From Octopus sinensis (Eukaryota): a DNA stretch of 64,000 nt. Both the position numbers and the translations under genes were made by a program. Numbering within the stretch: position 1 is the stretch's first letter; every line of letters starts with the position of its first letter. The notes under the pieces are model-generated. The model was given only the letters and a program-made list of their open reading frames with translations. It did not search any database and was not told where the DNA came from. The stretch is from assembly GCF_006345805.1 (NCBI RefSeq), contig NC_043000.1, positions 19,840,001-19,904,000 of the forward strand, in the 5' to 3' direction. Shown here piece by piece: positions 51,420 through 63,869 of the stretch.

Positions 51420-52620
51420 TGATCACCTGAAAAATTCCTAGAGATTTTAGAAGAAACTACCTAAGTAAGCAACAGCTCTACCTTAGGTACAGAAAGTTTG
51501 TTTACCAACATTCCACTGGCAGAAACAATAGAAACCATATTAGATACTATACACAAACAGGTAACAATAAAATCATCCATGATACCAGCTAACATACTGA
51601 AAAAATTTAGTAGTGATGTACAACAGAAATATTCCTTTGTTGTCCCCAAGGCAAACTATATAAGCCTAAAAAATGGAGTAACTACAGGTTCTCCCTCCCG
51701 GCCCATATATGTGGCTTTCTATATAGATACGATAGAAAATAGCAGTTGCAAGATATAAACATGATATACACTAGTTATGTGGATGATACATTCATGGTAA
51801 TGGAAACACCAGAGGATGTTGAGTAATTAAAGGAAGACCTAGAAAACCAGCTTGTACTAAAATTCAACATCCAGAACAGTGGAAGTAAAACCCCAGCAAC
51901 ATAATGACTTCATTTCTAGACATAAACATTCAGATAGAAAATAACAAATACAGTATATCCATTTACTCCAAAGATACAAATAAATGCATACACTTACATG
52001 GAGACAGCAAATGCCCACACATATACTAAATGTCAATAGTAAAATCTCTACTTAGAAAAGCATTTACATTCTCTTTCACTAATGAAACACTAGAATACAG
52101 AAGCTATCAATACTAAACCGCAAAACAATCTTGGGAAAAATATAACACGGCAAATAATCAGATATGACATCTATCAAATATACACAAACCACGCATAAAG
52201 TGCACTGTATGAAACAAATGCATACTAACTAGAGAATGGATGAACGCATTACCAAAAATCTTAGAATGCAAAATGCAATTCTTCAAATCATAAGCTAACA
52301 CTAATAACAGATGAAATACTAAAATTTAAAACTTACTTATCAAAAACAAGCCACAAGCATACAAACCCACAAATAAGCTACAATAACTAATATGATTTAT
52401 AAATTTGATGACCAACATGGAAGTTGCAAAATACATGACTTCAACTGTTACATTAGGCATACAAATGTGACATTTTCCAGCCACTTCACAAATGTAACGC
52501 CTGCACCACAGAACATAAAATAAACCTAAACAAGGAAATACTCTAGTTTATTGATACTCTATAAACTGCCCCACAAAAATGAATGATTAATGATAGAAGC
52601 AATTATTTATAACACGAGTA
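51420..52620 (+). mobile_element. Penelope-like element remnant (RT and probable GIY-YIG)
   Basis: ESLFTNIPLAETI, KNGVTTGSPSRP (compare GVAMGSPLGP), YVDDTF, FLDINI, and later NMIYKF...CYIRHT. Confidence 0.78.
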
Positions 52621-52639
52621 TGTCCATTTTCATGGCAGA

Positions 52640-53030
52640 GGATCAGGAGGTGTCAGGCACAATCACCACTCTTCACCACAGTAATCTGCTGCAGCTGTAC
52701 ATTCCACCAAGTTTCTTTCCCTCCGGTCCTTGAGGGCATTGCTCATCTTTGTACTTACCATGTTTGTTTCTGTTCACACAGCCCAAAGACGTGAGTATAG
52801 AGGTTCTCAGCCCTGATAACCTGGCCAAAATATTAGTTTTCTCTAACAATTGTCACCAACTTTTATTTCATTCACATCTAGAGGACAGAATCATACATTC
52901 TATGGCTGACCAACAGATCCCCAGCATTTGTGTAACACATCATCTTGATGCCCTCAGTCACTTGGTATCAGCACCCCTTTGGATCAAAGTCAGCTGTTTC
53001 TTGGCCAAACTAAACATATGACTTAAGCTA
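52640..53030 (-). mobile_element. RTE RT C-terminal fragment
   Basis: Minus frames contain ...MLGICWSA... from the ETW..RRML.I.W region. Degraded. Confidence 0.5.
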
Positions 53031-54280
53031 TAGACCAATAGAAGTCTATATAGCAGCCACTTTTAGAATTAACTTTAATTTATCTTCACTCTGACTCCAT
53101 ACACTTGAAGATTTAGACAGTTCTGCACTCACAAAACTTTAAGTAATGTGGAGCTGAGTCAGTCTGTTATTAAATACTTACAACCCCAACTAAACATGCT
53201 ACTTTCTTTCATTTGCTCACCTACCCCCCCCCCACAAACACACATGAATTATTTAGATTTTAGTTCAATAATAATAGACAAGATAGTAGTAATAAATTAC
53301 CAAACTTAATTTTTTTTTTTAAACATTCAGTAAATAGAATTTGCAAAGAAATACAGAAACTGATAAACCTACTTATGACCTTCCATAAAATAGTCAGCGA
53401 AGCTGATACTACCAACCACTACACTTAATAACTGCTGCTGCTGCTGCTGCTGTTACTGCTGCTGTTGTTATTGCTGTTAAAACTGCTTTTGCTATGTGTC
53501 TCCTGATTTAGTGAGCCCTCCAGGGTAAAATTTCATTATTTATACAGACTCAAGGCAGAACAGCTAAACTTTCTGTGTGTGTGTGTGTGGTATCTATAGC
53601 AGTACTCTTAGTTTTTGCAGGTGACATTATCTGTGTCAAAGGAAACTATATATATATTTATATATACACACACATTTTAAATCTATTTTCTGAGTGACAA
53701 CCGAAAACTCAGAGATACCAACTAAAAATATCAGTACAGGTTAGAAACCTCCAGAGTGAAAAATGTAAGATGGTTGTTATGATGATGGTGAGCATGATGA
53801 TGATGATATTAATGGCTTTTTATATAGAACTCAATTTTTCACACAGGTTTTGGATTTACGACATTCATGCTTCCCCCAGGAGCATTAGCAATGCAGGTGA
53901 AGTAGTCTGAATTAGGTATTGGTGCTATATGGATTCACCACAACAGTAAAAGAAAATACGCATACATACACAAAACAAAAACAAAAATAACAATAATAAT
54001 GATATAAAAACAGAAACAATCTCCCACAATAAAAGTTGCTTTGAGAATAATAATAAAAAAATAAACAACAGTCAGATACATAACCAAAATACTAAGACTT
54101 ACATCATAATACAGAAAATAATACTATTAGGCACTGAACATATATTACGTAAAATACTTTCAATATAATTGAAAAGCCCACAAATGGAAGAAGACAAAAC
54201 ATGCTGTGTACCCAAGCTACACAGAGTTACACACAGGTACATGTACAGTGGAATCACACAATAACATCTATAATAATAAC

Positions 54281-54323
<43 letters not shown>

Positions 54324-54384
54324 TTAATAATAATAATAATAATGATAATGATGACAATAATGATGATAATAATAATGCATTTAC

Positions 54385-54485
54385 CAGAATCTCGATCACT
54401 GACTTCATTCAGTTGCATTTGAGCTAAACTCCTTTTGTCAAATGCTGTTCGATCGATATGTCCTCTTGACTGTGATTCAAAACCA
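54385..54485 (-). CDS. TTC7: TTC7 coding exon
   Basis: ttttgtag|(D)GFESQSRGHIDRTAFDKRSLAQMQLNEVSDRDS-G|gtaaat. Resembles TTC7B DRTIADRRQL...SDPETG. 101 nt, phase 2 to 1, exactly bridges the flanking exon phases. Confidence 0.9.
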
Positions 54486-55833
54486 CTACAAAATAAATGA
54501 TAAAAAGATAAAATAAATAAATGAATAGTAAAAAAAAAATTTTGCTGTTGTTGTTGTAATAAGGTTTAATAACATGGTGCTCAGAAATGATTAATGACTA
54601 AGATAGTCACATCAATAGTATTGAATAGATACGAGTAATGTATAAGAGTCAATAATGAATAAAGTAGGTACTGATACTACACTGGGTCAATTTTATTGAT
54701 TTTTTTCAACATTCTGCAGGAAAACCATGCAAATAAATGTAAAGGTAGATGAAATTCTGAGAATGCCTCTCAACTATAATAGCAGATTAAAATCAGCGAG
54801 TCTATTATGTTAAGGGTTAACTTGAAGCAGTTCACAGTGAACATTACTAACTACAACTAGTAATCCCTATTTCCTTAAAGTTTAGAAGAGACTTGAAGAA
54901 CAAAATACAATAGGCATCTTCTTTCTCATCAAGCAGTTTACAATAAAAATAAAATGTCAATCTATCAGATACACAAAAATGCTGGCATGAATTGGATGGT
55001 TTGATAGGATACAATGGGCCCAAGTGTCTGCTTTGGCATGGTTTTTCTGGCTAGATGCCCTTCTTGTCTTCTTGTCTTGAGACAGCATTCACCCGGGTGT
55101 GTTGAGCTGGCTTCATTCATCTTCAATGCTGCATCTCTCTCAAACACCGACCAAACCTGGCAATTTGAGGCTAACAACCACGTGATCTCCAACCGAATGC
55201 CGTAGATATGGGGGCCTAGGTTAGGTTCCAGATCAGCCTTGACTGTCATCAGCCAGGTTTTTCGTTGTCCACCACATCGCTTTTGCCAACCCTGAAGGGG
55301 AGCTGGGGCAATTGCTTCGTAGATGAATTCTCCTGGTTGATGCCCTTCCTAAAACCAACAACCTTGCAGCATGTACTAGGTACTTTTTTTTATGCCGCTA
55401 GCATGCAGTTTACAAGATTATCAGCCCTGGAAGGTAGGGTGGCAAAAGTATAAGAGAAGGAGCTATATAAATATTAAATAGATGAGAAACAAACTCTGCA
55501 ATATAGCAACAGTTTATCACAAATGATTTTTTTTTTTCTCCAGCAGTTCTAGAAACCTATTTTTATTCTCTACATGAAGTAAGAGATCTAGAATTTTTCC
55601 CACAGGGACCCAACATAATATCTGTAGTGAATTCCAAATCAGGAACCCATAAAGAAACACATATTACAATATATCTTCCATTCAGATATTTCATTTTTTT
55701 ATGGTCTCTTTCCATGTGATGATTTAGCAACAAAATGCCATGGATCTTTACTTTCATATGGATGACCACGTAACAACATCAAATGAGAAAACAGACAAAG
55801 AAAAAAAATTTGCGAAAATACAAATATACTTAC

Positions 55834-55950
55834 TCTTCTTGATGAATTTCATGTAAATCTTTCCATAGTTTCAACATATGTTTGCACGTAACCAAAGCTT
55901 CTTCTGGTCCAAGACATACTTCTTCAAGTCTAGCTTTAGTTAGCAACAAA
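55834..55950 (-). CDS. TTC7: TTC7 coding exon
   Basis: ttttacag|(S)LLLTKARLEEVCLGPEEALVTCKHMLKLWKDLHEIHQE-GA|gtaagt. Resembles TTC7B GPDEALLTCKHMLQIWK. 117 nt, phase 2 to 2, in frame with both neighbours. Confidence 0.95.
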
Positions 55951-55976
55951 CTGTAAAATGTTTAGATAATATTATT

Positions 55977-55980
<4 letters not shown>

Positions 55981-56025
<45 letters not shown>

Positions 56026-56456
56026 GTTTCAAATTTTACCACAAGGGTAGAAATTTTGGAGAAGATGAGTCAATTACATCGACCCCAGTGTTCAACTGGT
56101 ACTTATTTCACTGACCCCCAAAAGGATGAAACCTTTGTGGAATTTGAATTCAGAATGTAGCAACAGGCGAAATACCACTAAGCATTTCATCTAGTGCACT
56201 GATGATTCTGCCAGCTTGCCACCTTAATAATAATATTAATAATCCTTTCTACTATAGGCACAAGGCCCGAAATTTGGGGGAAGGGGACTAGTCGTTTACA
56301 TTGATCCCAGTGCATAACTGGTACTTAATTTATCAACCCTGAAAGGATGAAAGGCAAAAGTTGAGCCCGACAGCATTTGAATTCAGAACATAAAGACAGA
56401 CGAAATACTGCTAAGCATTTTGTCTGGTGTGCTAACGACTCTGCCAGCTTGCCGCC

Positions 56457-56504
<48 letters not shown>

Positions 56505-57252
56505 CTATTAACATCCAAGGCCAGCTGATTTTAAGTAAGCATAGAGATTCAGAAGTCGCAAGGACTATTGCCTATAGATGGTGCTACAGTTGAAGTTACA
56601 CAAGGAGACAGACAGACAGACAGAGAAGTACAAGTTACTAAATACTAAAAGATGAAATTGCAAAAATGTGGGCAGTGAAAAGAGTAACTACCATCCCAGT
56701 AGTTGTAAGGCACTTGGAGAACTAACAACCAAGTTCAAGAAATATGTTAGAGAAATTGGAATTGACATGAGGGTAGAGCGTGCTAAAAAACTGCTCTATG
56801 GGGGACAGTGAGTTATTTTGAGATTGGTATTTGAGTATTAAGCATCTTCCATGATACTTAACATTTAGGTCCTAAGTTTTATAATTCATAGCAAGATACC
56901 CTGAGAGACTTTGTGAGACCTTTGACAACAGGTTGCAGTCCACTCACAAAAATTTAACAGAGCAAGTAAGATTGAGAGCTCTGAGAAGTAAATAATAATA
57001 ATCCTTTCTACTATAGGCACAAGGCCTGGAATTTTGCAGGGAGGGGATTAGTTGATTACATTAACTCCAGTGTGTAACTGGTACTTATTTTATTGACCCC
57101 AAAAGGATGAACGGCAAAGTCGGCCTTAACAGAATTTGAACTCAGAACATAGTGGCAGACAAAATACCGCAAAGCATTTCACCCAGCATGCTAACAATTC
57201 TGAGAGCTCACCACCTTAATACTACAACAACAACTACTACTACTACTACTAC

Positions 57253-57330
<78 letters not shown>
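55981..57330. mobile_element. Composite train: (AAT)n-SINE(-)-(AAT)-SINE(-)-(AAT)n-R4 3' fragment(+)-(AAT)-SINE(-)-(AAT)n
   Basis: SINEs at 56024-56226, 56243-56459 and 57003-57217. The R4 piece at 56504-56990 encodes LKDEIAKMWAVKRVTTIPVVV.ALGEL. Confidence 0.88.
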
Positions 57331-57331
<1 letters not shown>

Positions 57332-57960
57332 CTATTCTTTCTTAACCACAAGGGCTTGAAGAAATACAATAAAAATGCAAAGAACATTAAGTCCAGAGCT
57401 TACAGAGGTGTGTTGGGTGGGATATGCAATTTTACAAATTTGAGAGGAAGAGGGAAAGACATGTAATATATGATGAACCAAGTTAAAAATTTATTAAAAA
57501 AATAATTGCATGGAATAAATAAAGTATAAAAAAAAACAGACAATAATTAATCTTTATGTTACCATATTTTTGTTGATGAGTACTCTGCCTTTTAATCAAT
57601 TTTAAAAATAATGAAGACTAATAAAATAACTCAGTCACAAATTAATGTGAAATATTGATGGGATGTTTTAATTTAGATCACTTTAAAACAGGGACCAAAG
57701 GTGATTTCAGGCAGATTGGTATCAAAAGGGTTAAATCAAAATTTATAAATATATATATGTGTATAAAACATTTTAGGTAGTGTACAGAATAATATTTTGG
57801 TAAAAACAATCAGGTTAGTAAGAAGAAATGAAGGATTGTTCCTTAGTTTATTTATATACAGTGACAGAAGGTCTTCAAATTGTATAAGGAAATGAATTGA
57901 AATAAAACAAAAATAAAACAGAATATTTACATAATTACATTTAAAAACTTTTCATCTACT

Positions 57961-58029
<69 letters not shown>

Positions 58030-59099
58030 GGAACAGTTCATTTGCATTATCAGGGCACCCCCCATTGCTCTGATTATATTTCACTCTTTGGCATACTTCT
58101 AATTATTTGATTCCAGAATTCTCTGTGAGAAACTCCTTGATTAGAGCAGTTGAGTAATAGCCGATGTCCTTCCTTTGGATAGTTTATATGTAAAATGGGA
58201 TACATATTCCAAATAATTTTTGCTAATATGCACAGTTATCCACAGTTCTTTGGAGTTAAGTACCATCTCCTAACCAGTCAGCACTCCATCTGGATTGTCT
58301 TCATGCATTTTATTGGAGTCTTCTATTGCACCGTTGTTGACATTTTGAATGACTGTGAAGAAAGAAGATGAGTAGCTCTTTCATAAGAGAGAAACTCCTC
58401 TTCACCAGAAAGGTGCTCTTATTCCTAAAAGATAGGATCACTTTCACAGAAAATGACTCTTCACCAGAGAGCATCTTCCCTTTGCAGAAGGTTTGTATCC
58501 CTCCTTCCTTACACTTTTTAATGGCTTTTTTGAGAATTTTATTTTCTATTTTACACTATTACAGCGAAGTCATCAACAGCAATGACTCAAGAACCAGAAC
58601 ACATAGAAGAGACGAACTAAGCACATGATATGAAACAGTTCTAAGAGGTGGCTGTTACTCCAAGCACCAAGCATGAGTTACTGTGCACTGCTTGAATCCG
58701 AAATGGATCAAAAACCATCTGCTTTTAGGACTGCTGCCAAGTTCTGATGATCAACTCCGCTGAAAGCTTTCAACTAATACAAATTGATCAGAGCCCTACC
58801 AATGCCAGGTTTGCTTCCTACCCATCTGTTGATATATGAAGAAACACAACTTGATTGTCAACCAGCTGTATAGAAAACAGATATTAATCAACCAGAGAAT
58901 AACAAGGCCTTTGAAGAGCCTTGTTAACAAGTTGAGGTGTACAAGAATGTATCTTTGTAAATGATTCCCTATCAACTAAATTATTATCCTACATCTCACA
59001 GTTTTAACATAAACTTCAGACAACCAAAGAAAGGCATTTGGTAACTAACAAAGCAGAGAACCAAATTATCGAATGGGCTTATACATCTTCATCATTGTT

Positions 59100-59500
59100 G
59101 TTTAACAACTATTTTTCCATGCTTGCATGAGTCAGATGAAATTTATTGAAGCTGATATTCTATGGCCAGTTGCCCTTCTTGTCACCAACTTTCCTCATAG
59201 CCAGATGTTTTTCACAGAAGACTGGAAACAAACAACATCACATGTATGACAGTGATGCTCATTTACAGCCATCATGTAATGTGAACACACACACACACAC
59301 ACAAACACACACAAACACACATACACACACAAACATATATAACAGGCTTCCTTCAGTCTCTGTCTACTAAATCCACTCACAAGGCTCTTTAGTCATCCCA
59401 GAACTATAAAAGAAGTCACTAAAAGGTGCCACATAGTGAGACTGAACCCAAGACCACTGGTTGGGAAGAAAGCTTCGTAAACACACAGCCACACTTGTGC
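59100..59500 (-). mobile_element. CORE-type SINE with RTE-derived tail
   Basis: Reverse complement of the 19850-type element, with internal (CA)n and head near 59490. Confidence 0.75.
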
Positions 59501-59789
59501 TTATAAGTTACACCTAAGCATCTTATGGCACTTCCAGCCAAGACACATTATTCTAAATGTTGTAATTTCAAATCTTGCTGTGATCAACTTCAGAACATTT
59601 AGTCATGGTCTGTGGGGGCAAAAATCAAGTCAGTAAACTTTTCAAAATAGAATAAGTTTGTAACATTTGGAGTAGAGCCATTCTTTATAAAAGAAATAAG
59701 GAGAAATATAGACATTTTACCCATGAATCTAAACTGAATATACCTCTAGTATTTATCAGTTAAGTAACTGGGACAAGGGTACTGGTGTG

Positions 59790-60020
59790 TGGCTGCTCAA
59801 CCTACTAGTAAAAGCAGCCAAATCTCTCTCAAATCACACCAAACCATCTTTAAAAAAGGACAGTTAGGATTATGCAGTCCTAGAGCCATTATACCTGAGG
59901 AAAAAACAGTATGGACATGAATGAAGCACTTTTGACAGTAGCTCAGACAGACCAGCGTTGGCTTGGGATTATACAACAACAATAACAATGATCAGGGTTG
60001 ACTTGGGTCTGAACAACAAT
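59790..60020 (+). mobile_element. (AAC)n-tailed SINE-like repeat family (other copies at about 12450, 17740, 18780, 25400, 37600, 39040 on +; 27290 on -)
   Basis: Recurring block ctagaaatagcagc.aaatct.cctcaaatcacacc..ccatctt and the end ggggctaaacaacaacaac. Confidence 0.65.
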
Positions 60021-60111
60021 TAATATATTAAGGGATGAATCCAAACATAAATTATCTGCTCCAACAACTTTTGTGTGTGTGTATACATATATATATATAT
60101 ATATATACACA

Positions 60112-60497
60112 CATTATGGCACTCTGTCGGTTACGACGACGATGGTTCCAGTTGATCCAATCAGTGGCACAGCCTGCTCATGAAATTAACATGCAAGTGG
60201 CTGAGCACTCCACAGATACATGTAACCTTAACATACTTCTCAGGGAGATTCAGTGTGACACAGAGTGTGGCAAGGCTGGCCCTTTGAAATACAGATACAA
60301 CAGAAACAAGAAGAAAGAGTGAGAGGAAGTTGTGGTGAAAGAGTACAGCAGGGTTCACCACCACCCACTGCCAGAGCCTCATGGAGCTTTAGGTGTTTTC
60401 ACTCAATAAACACTCTCAACGCCCGGTCTAGGAATCGAAACCACAATCCTACAACTGCAAGTCTACTGCCCAAACCACTGGGCCATTGTGCCTCCAC
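60112..60497 (-). mobile_element. tRNA-derived SINE
   Basis: Minus strand gtggaggcacaatggcccagtggtttgggc...ggtttcgattcc (A and B boxes) followed by a body of about 310 nt. Confidence 0.82.
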
Positions 60498-60546
60498 ATA
60501 TATATACATACATACACATATATATATACATATATATATACACACG

Positions 60547-60578
<32 letters not shown>

Positions 60579-60667
60579 TGCGTGTGTGTGTGTTTTTCAG
60601 CACAGTTTATGCATTGGAAAAAGTGTAGAAGGCAAGGAAAACAAGAATGAAAAATAGTAACTGTTAC

Positions 60668-60828
60668 CTTATGTTTTCAGGATATTCTTGTAGAGCTGTC
60701 TCAAGAAACTGCACAGCTTCTTCATAATGCTTCTGGGCAGATAGCAGCAGCACAAGCAGATGTAGAGAATGAATATGATCGCTGCACTGTTTCAAAGCAT
60801 TACGCACAAAATGCACAGCATCAGAAAT
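60668..60828 (-). CDS. TTC7: TTC7 (tetratricopeptide repeat protein 7, PI4KIIIalpha complex scaffold) coding exon, first exon in window
   Basis: Minus strand reads ctctctaag|ISDAVHFVRNALKQCSDHIHSLHLLVLLLSAQKHYEEAVQFLETALQEYPENI-AG|gtaaca. It matches the remembered vertebrate TTC7B segment (SLHLLALLLSAQKHY...ALSEYPENF). 161 nt, phase 0 to 2. Confidence 0.95.
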
Positions 60829-61633
60829 CTTAGAGAGAAGAAAATGTTAGATTCATAAATAAACTGAGACATGAGAAATGTCAAACAATATATTTAGTCA
60901 ATAAGAACATATACCAAATGATGATGATGATATACTTAATGATAATGATGATGATGATGATGATGATGACTGCTGCTACTACTGGTGATGATACTGTCTG
61001 TAAACCCAATAATGATGATAATAAAACTGGGTTATATTCAGTACAGGTTAGGCAATATGGATAGCCAATAAAAATGGTAATAATAATGGTTTCTAACATA
61101 GGCACAGGGCCACGAATTCGGGGAAGGACATAATTGATTATATCAATCCTAATACTTGACAGGCATTTATTTTATCAGTACCAGTAGAATGACAAGACTG
61201 ACCACAGCTAGATTTGAAATCAGAACATAATGAGATGTCTATATATATTCTGTAATCCACTACAAATGCTACCAATTTAACTGTGCACTAATTTCCATTG
61301 AGAGTCAGGTCTCTGTTAAGTATTACTAGCATGAGATTGAAAGAGGCTGGATGTAACTTTCACATCCAGCAGACACTGTTTTTCTTTCTTTGCTTAGTCA
61401 GGAAAGGAAGCAGTGCTCATAACCCTTTTCAGGGCCTTCAAGATTGATAAAAGGAAGGGAGAAAAGTATCCCCTAATCAGTGACCTAGCTTGAATGCACG
61501 CAAAGGAGTCTCATGCAATGGGGTTGCATGCATTCAGTAAAAGCACCCAAAGATCAGATCAAGGGATTAAGTCTACCACCTATCAGCAACTTTCCAACTT
61601 TAAGGCCATGACAGAGGAATGGTGTGTCAGTGT

Positions 61634-63219
61634 ATGCCACCGAAGAAAAGTCATACTCTCTCCAGAAACAAGTATAAAGCAAGGAGGATTGTAGAAAACC
61701 AAAGGCGAGAGTCTCATGACAGAAGAGAGATGGGACTTTCCTAAGATCAGCAAATGCATGCTGCTGCACATCAAATGGAGTTTCAAGGGAGAAGGGAGAT
61801 GAGACTTCCCAAGATCAGCTGATGTATGCTGCAACACCACAAATGGAGCCTCAATACAGAAAGGAGATGAGACGTTCCCAAGATCAGCAAATGCATGCTG
61901 CAGCACGTCTCAAGAGAGAAGGGAGATGAGACATTCCCAAAATCAGCAAACGCATGCTGCAGCACTTAATGCTGAATCATTAAAACAATGTTTTCATGAT
62001 TAGACAGAGGTCCAATAGAACAGCTCTCAGAAACAAACTACGTACAAGATCAGCAAAGGCATGCTGCACCATGTCAAATGGAGTCTCAAGAGAGAAGGGA
62101 GATAAGATTTTCCCAAGATCAGCTGATGTATGCTGCAACACATCAAATGGAATCTCAAGACAGAAGTGAGATGAGACTGTCTCAAGATCAGCAAAGGCAT
62201 GCAGCAGCACCTCAAATGGAGTCTCAAGACAGAAGGGAGATGTGACTTTCCCAAGATCAGCAAACGTATGCTGCAGCACATCAAATCGAGTCTCAAGACA
62301 GAAGTGAGATCAGGCTTTCCCAAGATCAGCAAAAGCATGCTGCAGCATGTCAGATGGAGTCTCAAGAGAGAAGGGAGATGAGACTTTCCCAAGATCAGTA
62401 ATGGCATGCTGCAGCACTTAATGATGAATCATTAAAACAATGTTTTCATTATTAAACAGAGGTCCAATAGAACAGCTCTCAGAAACAGACTAACTACAAA
62501 TTCGTTCTTCACAACTCCTGGAACTGCTTTCAGATATGATCCATCCCATTCTTATTAAAGTTTCTGCAAAGCTTTAAAATTTCCAAATGAAATTAATGGC
62601 ATGTGCTGCTCAGGCAGTAAGATAAGATTGCCAGTGCTACCAGCTACTCCTCAACCGCTTATGGACCTTCTGGAAGCACTTCCATCCAGTCAAAAGATTC
62701 TCTGAACAATATCAAACAATACAACTCTGCATTTCAAATGACATCATTTGGTGCATCTAAGGAGATAGCTGAACATGAATTTTCACTAATGTTCAAAGTT
62801 CAAGGGCAAGTCTATCACCTCACTGCTTCCCTGTTACCCAAAAATGAACAACCACAATTCCTAGAAATTTACTTTATGAGCCATGTAGGACAAGAAACCC
62901 GAAGGAGGTATCAAAACTTCAGACAATGGGTTGTGTTAAACACAGCACCAACTACCACAAAGGAGAGTATATCCAGTAACAGCTTTGCAGTGTGTTCAAA
63001 AATCACATACCCCCACCCCCAATTTTCCATGACAGGTTAGGCCTGGAATACTCCAAACGGACACATGATATGTCGTTTAGTCAAATTAGCCCATTATTTA
63101 CTCCACAAATGTTTTGTTGTCAATGCTGCATTTTCCTGTATCCACTGTTTCAATATAACTGTAATATATATACAAACTATGCTGTTTTAATCCCAAGTAA
63201 TGCTGGGTATTTCTGCTAG
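61634..63219 (+). mobile_element. Internally deleted Helitron: N-terminal part of RepHel and intact 3' terminus
   Basis: MPPKKSHTLSRNKYKARR..., 63-bp coding repeats (RLSQDQQRHAA..MESQERRE), GMCCSGSKIRLP, QMTSFGA...FKVQGQVYHLTASLLP...QFLEIYF. The 3' end is the hairpin cccaagtaatgctggg followed by CTAG|T at 63216-63220. 5' terminus not located. Confidence 0.88.
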
Positions 63220-63570
63220 TTATTATTATATTTGTACATCAAGCAAATCAGATAAATCCGATAATGGGAAAGTAGTGTTTGAGATCAGTCCAAAAATGTT
63301 TCTATGCACATTCATTTTGGCAATGAAGTTTTGCAGGAGGCTGTTAAAAGTGCTTTCATTGCTTTCCCACAAAATTTTAGTGGGTACGCTTGCACCCCTG
63401 CATCCCCTGTTCCCAAGCTCATGCATGCAATCATGAGTGCAACTTCCTAATCGCTCATTAAAACATTCACTAATTAATATATTCATAGATTTGTAAAGTG
63501 CACCACTAAATATGATGGAGGTTTGGACAGGTTTACATCTGTGCAGTCAACAGTACATCATAGTTATTAA

Positions 63571-63784
63571 CCCATTAACATTCAGAATTCTATGTCAAAC
63601 GTAATGCATATTTACAAACATCGTTTTAAATTTAATCATGCATTATCTCATAGCTTCAAAATTTTGATGATGTGATTGTTTATTTTTAAAATGACGGTAG
63701 GGTAGGTGGATGAAACCAGATTTGATCAGTTTGAACATAAATAGAATATTTGGGCTGGATAACACGAGTTTAAATGCTAAATGG
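63571..63784. mobile_element. piggyBac-like MITE
   Basis: TTAA|CCCATTAACATT ... AATGCTAAATGG|TTAA: short TIRs and a TTAA target. Confidence 0.72.
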
Positions 63785-63869
63785 TTAAGTCTAAAAATAT
63801 TATGACAGAATTGAAAGTATACAAGACAAAACGTCTAGTAGTATTTAATTACATTTCTTTACATTGCAA

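Noticed and set aside
55563-55769. 68-aa minus ORF next to a TTC7 exon
   Set aside because: No homology to TTC7, not needed for the reading frame, and the neighbouring exons join in phase without it.
60680-60833. Plus-strand open frame after ttttcag (DILVELSQETAQ...)
   Set aside because: It is the antisense shadow of the TTC7 exon, which has homology and phase support on the minus strand.
61346-61370. Short perfect hairpins (gctggatgt/acatccagc; also 20651-20672 and about 58899-58925)
   Set aside because: Stems of 8-9 bp are expected by chance or by local fold-back in 64 kb, and there is no terminator, SECIS or other context.
61720-62420. 63-bp repeats as a CRISPR or satellite; minus-strand ORFs in the track
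   Set aside because: The + frame translates to Helitron N-terminal repeats in continuity with RepHel motifs. The minus ORFs are shadows of it.
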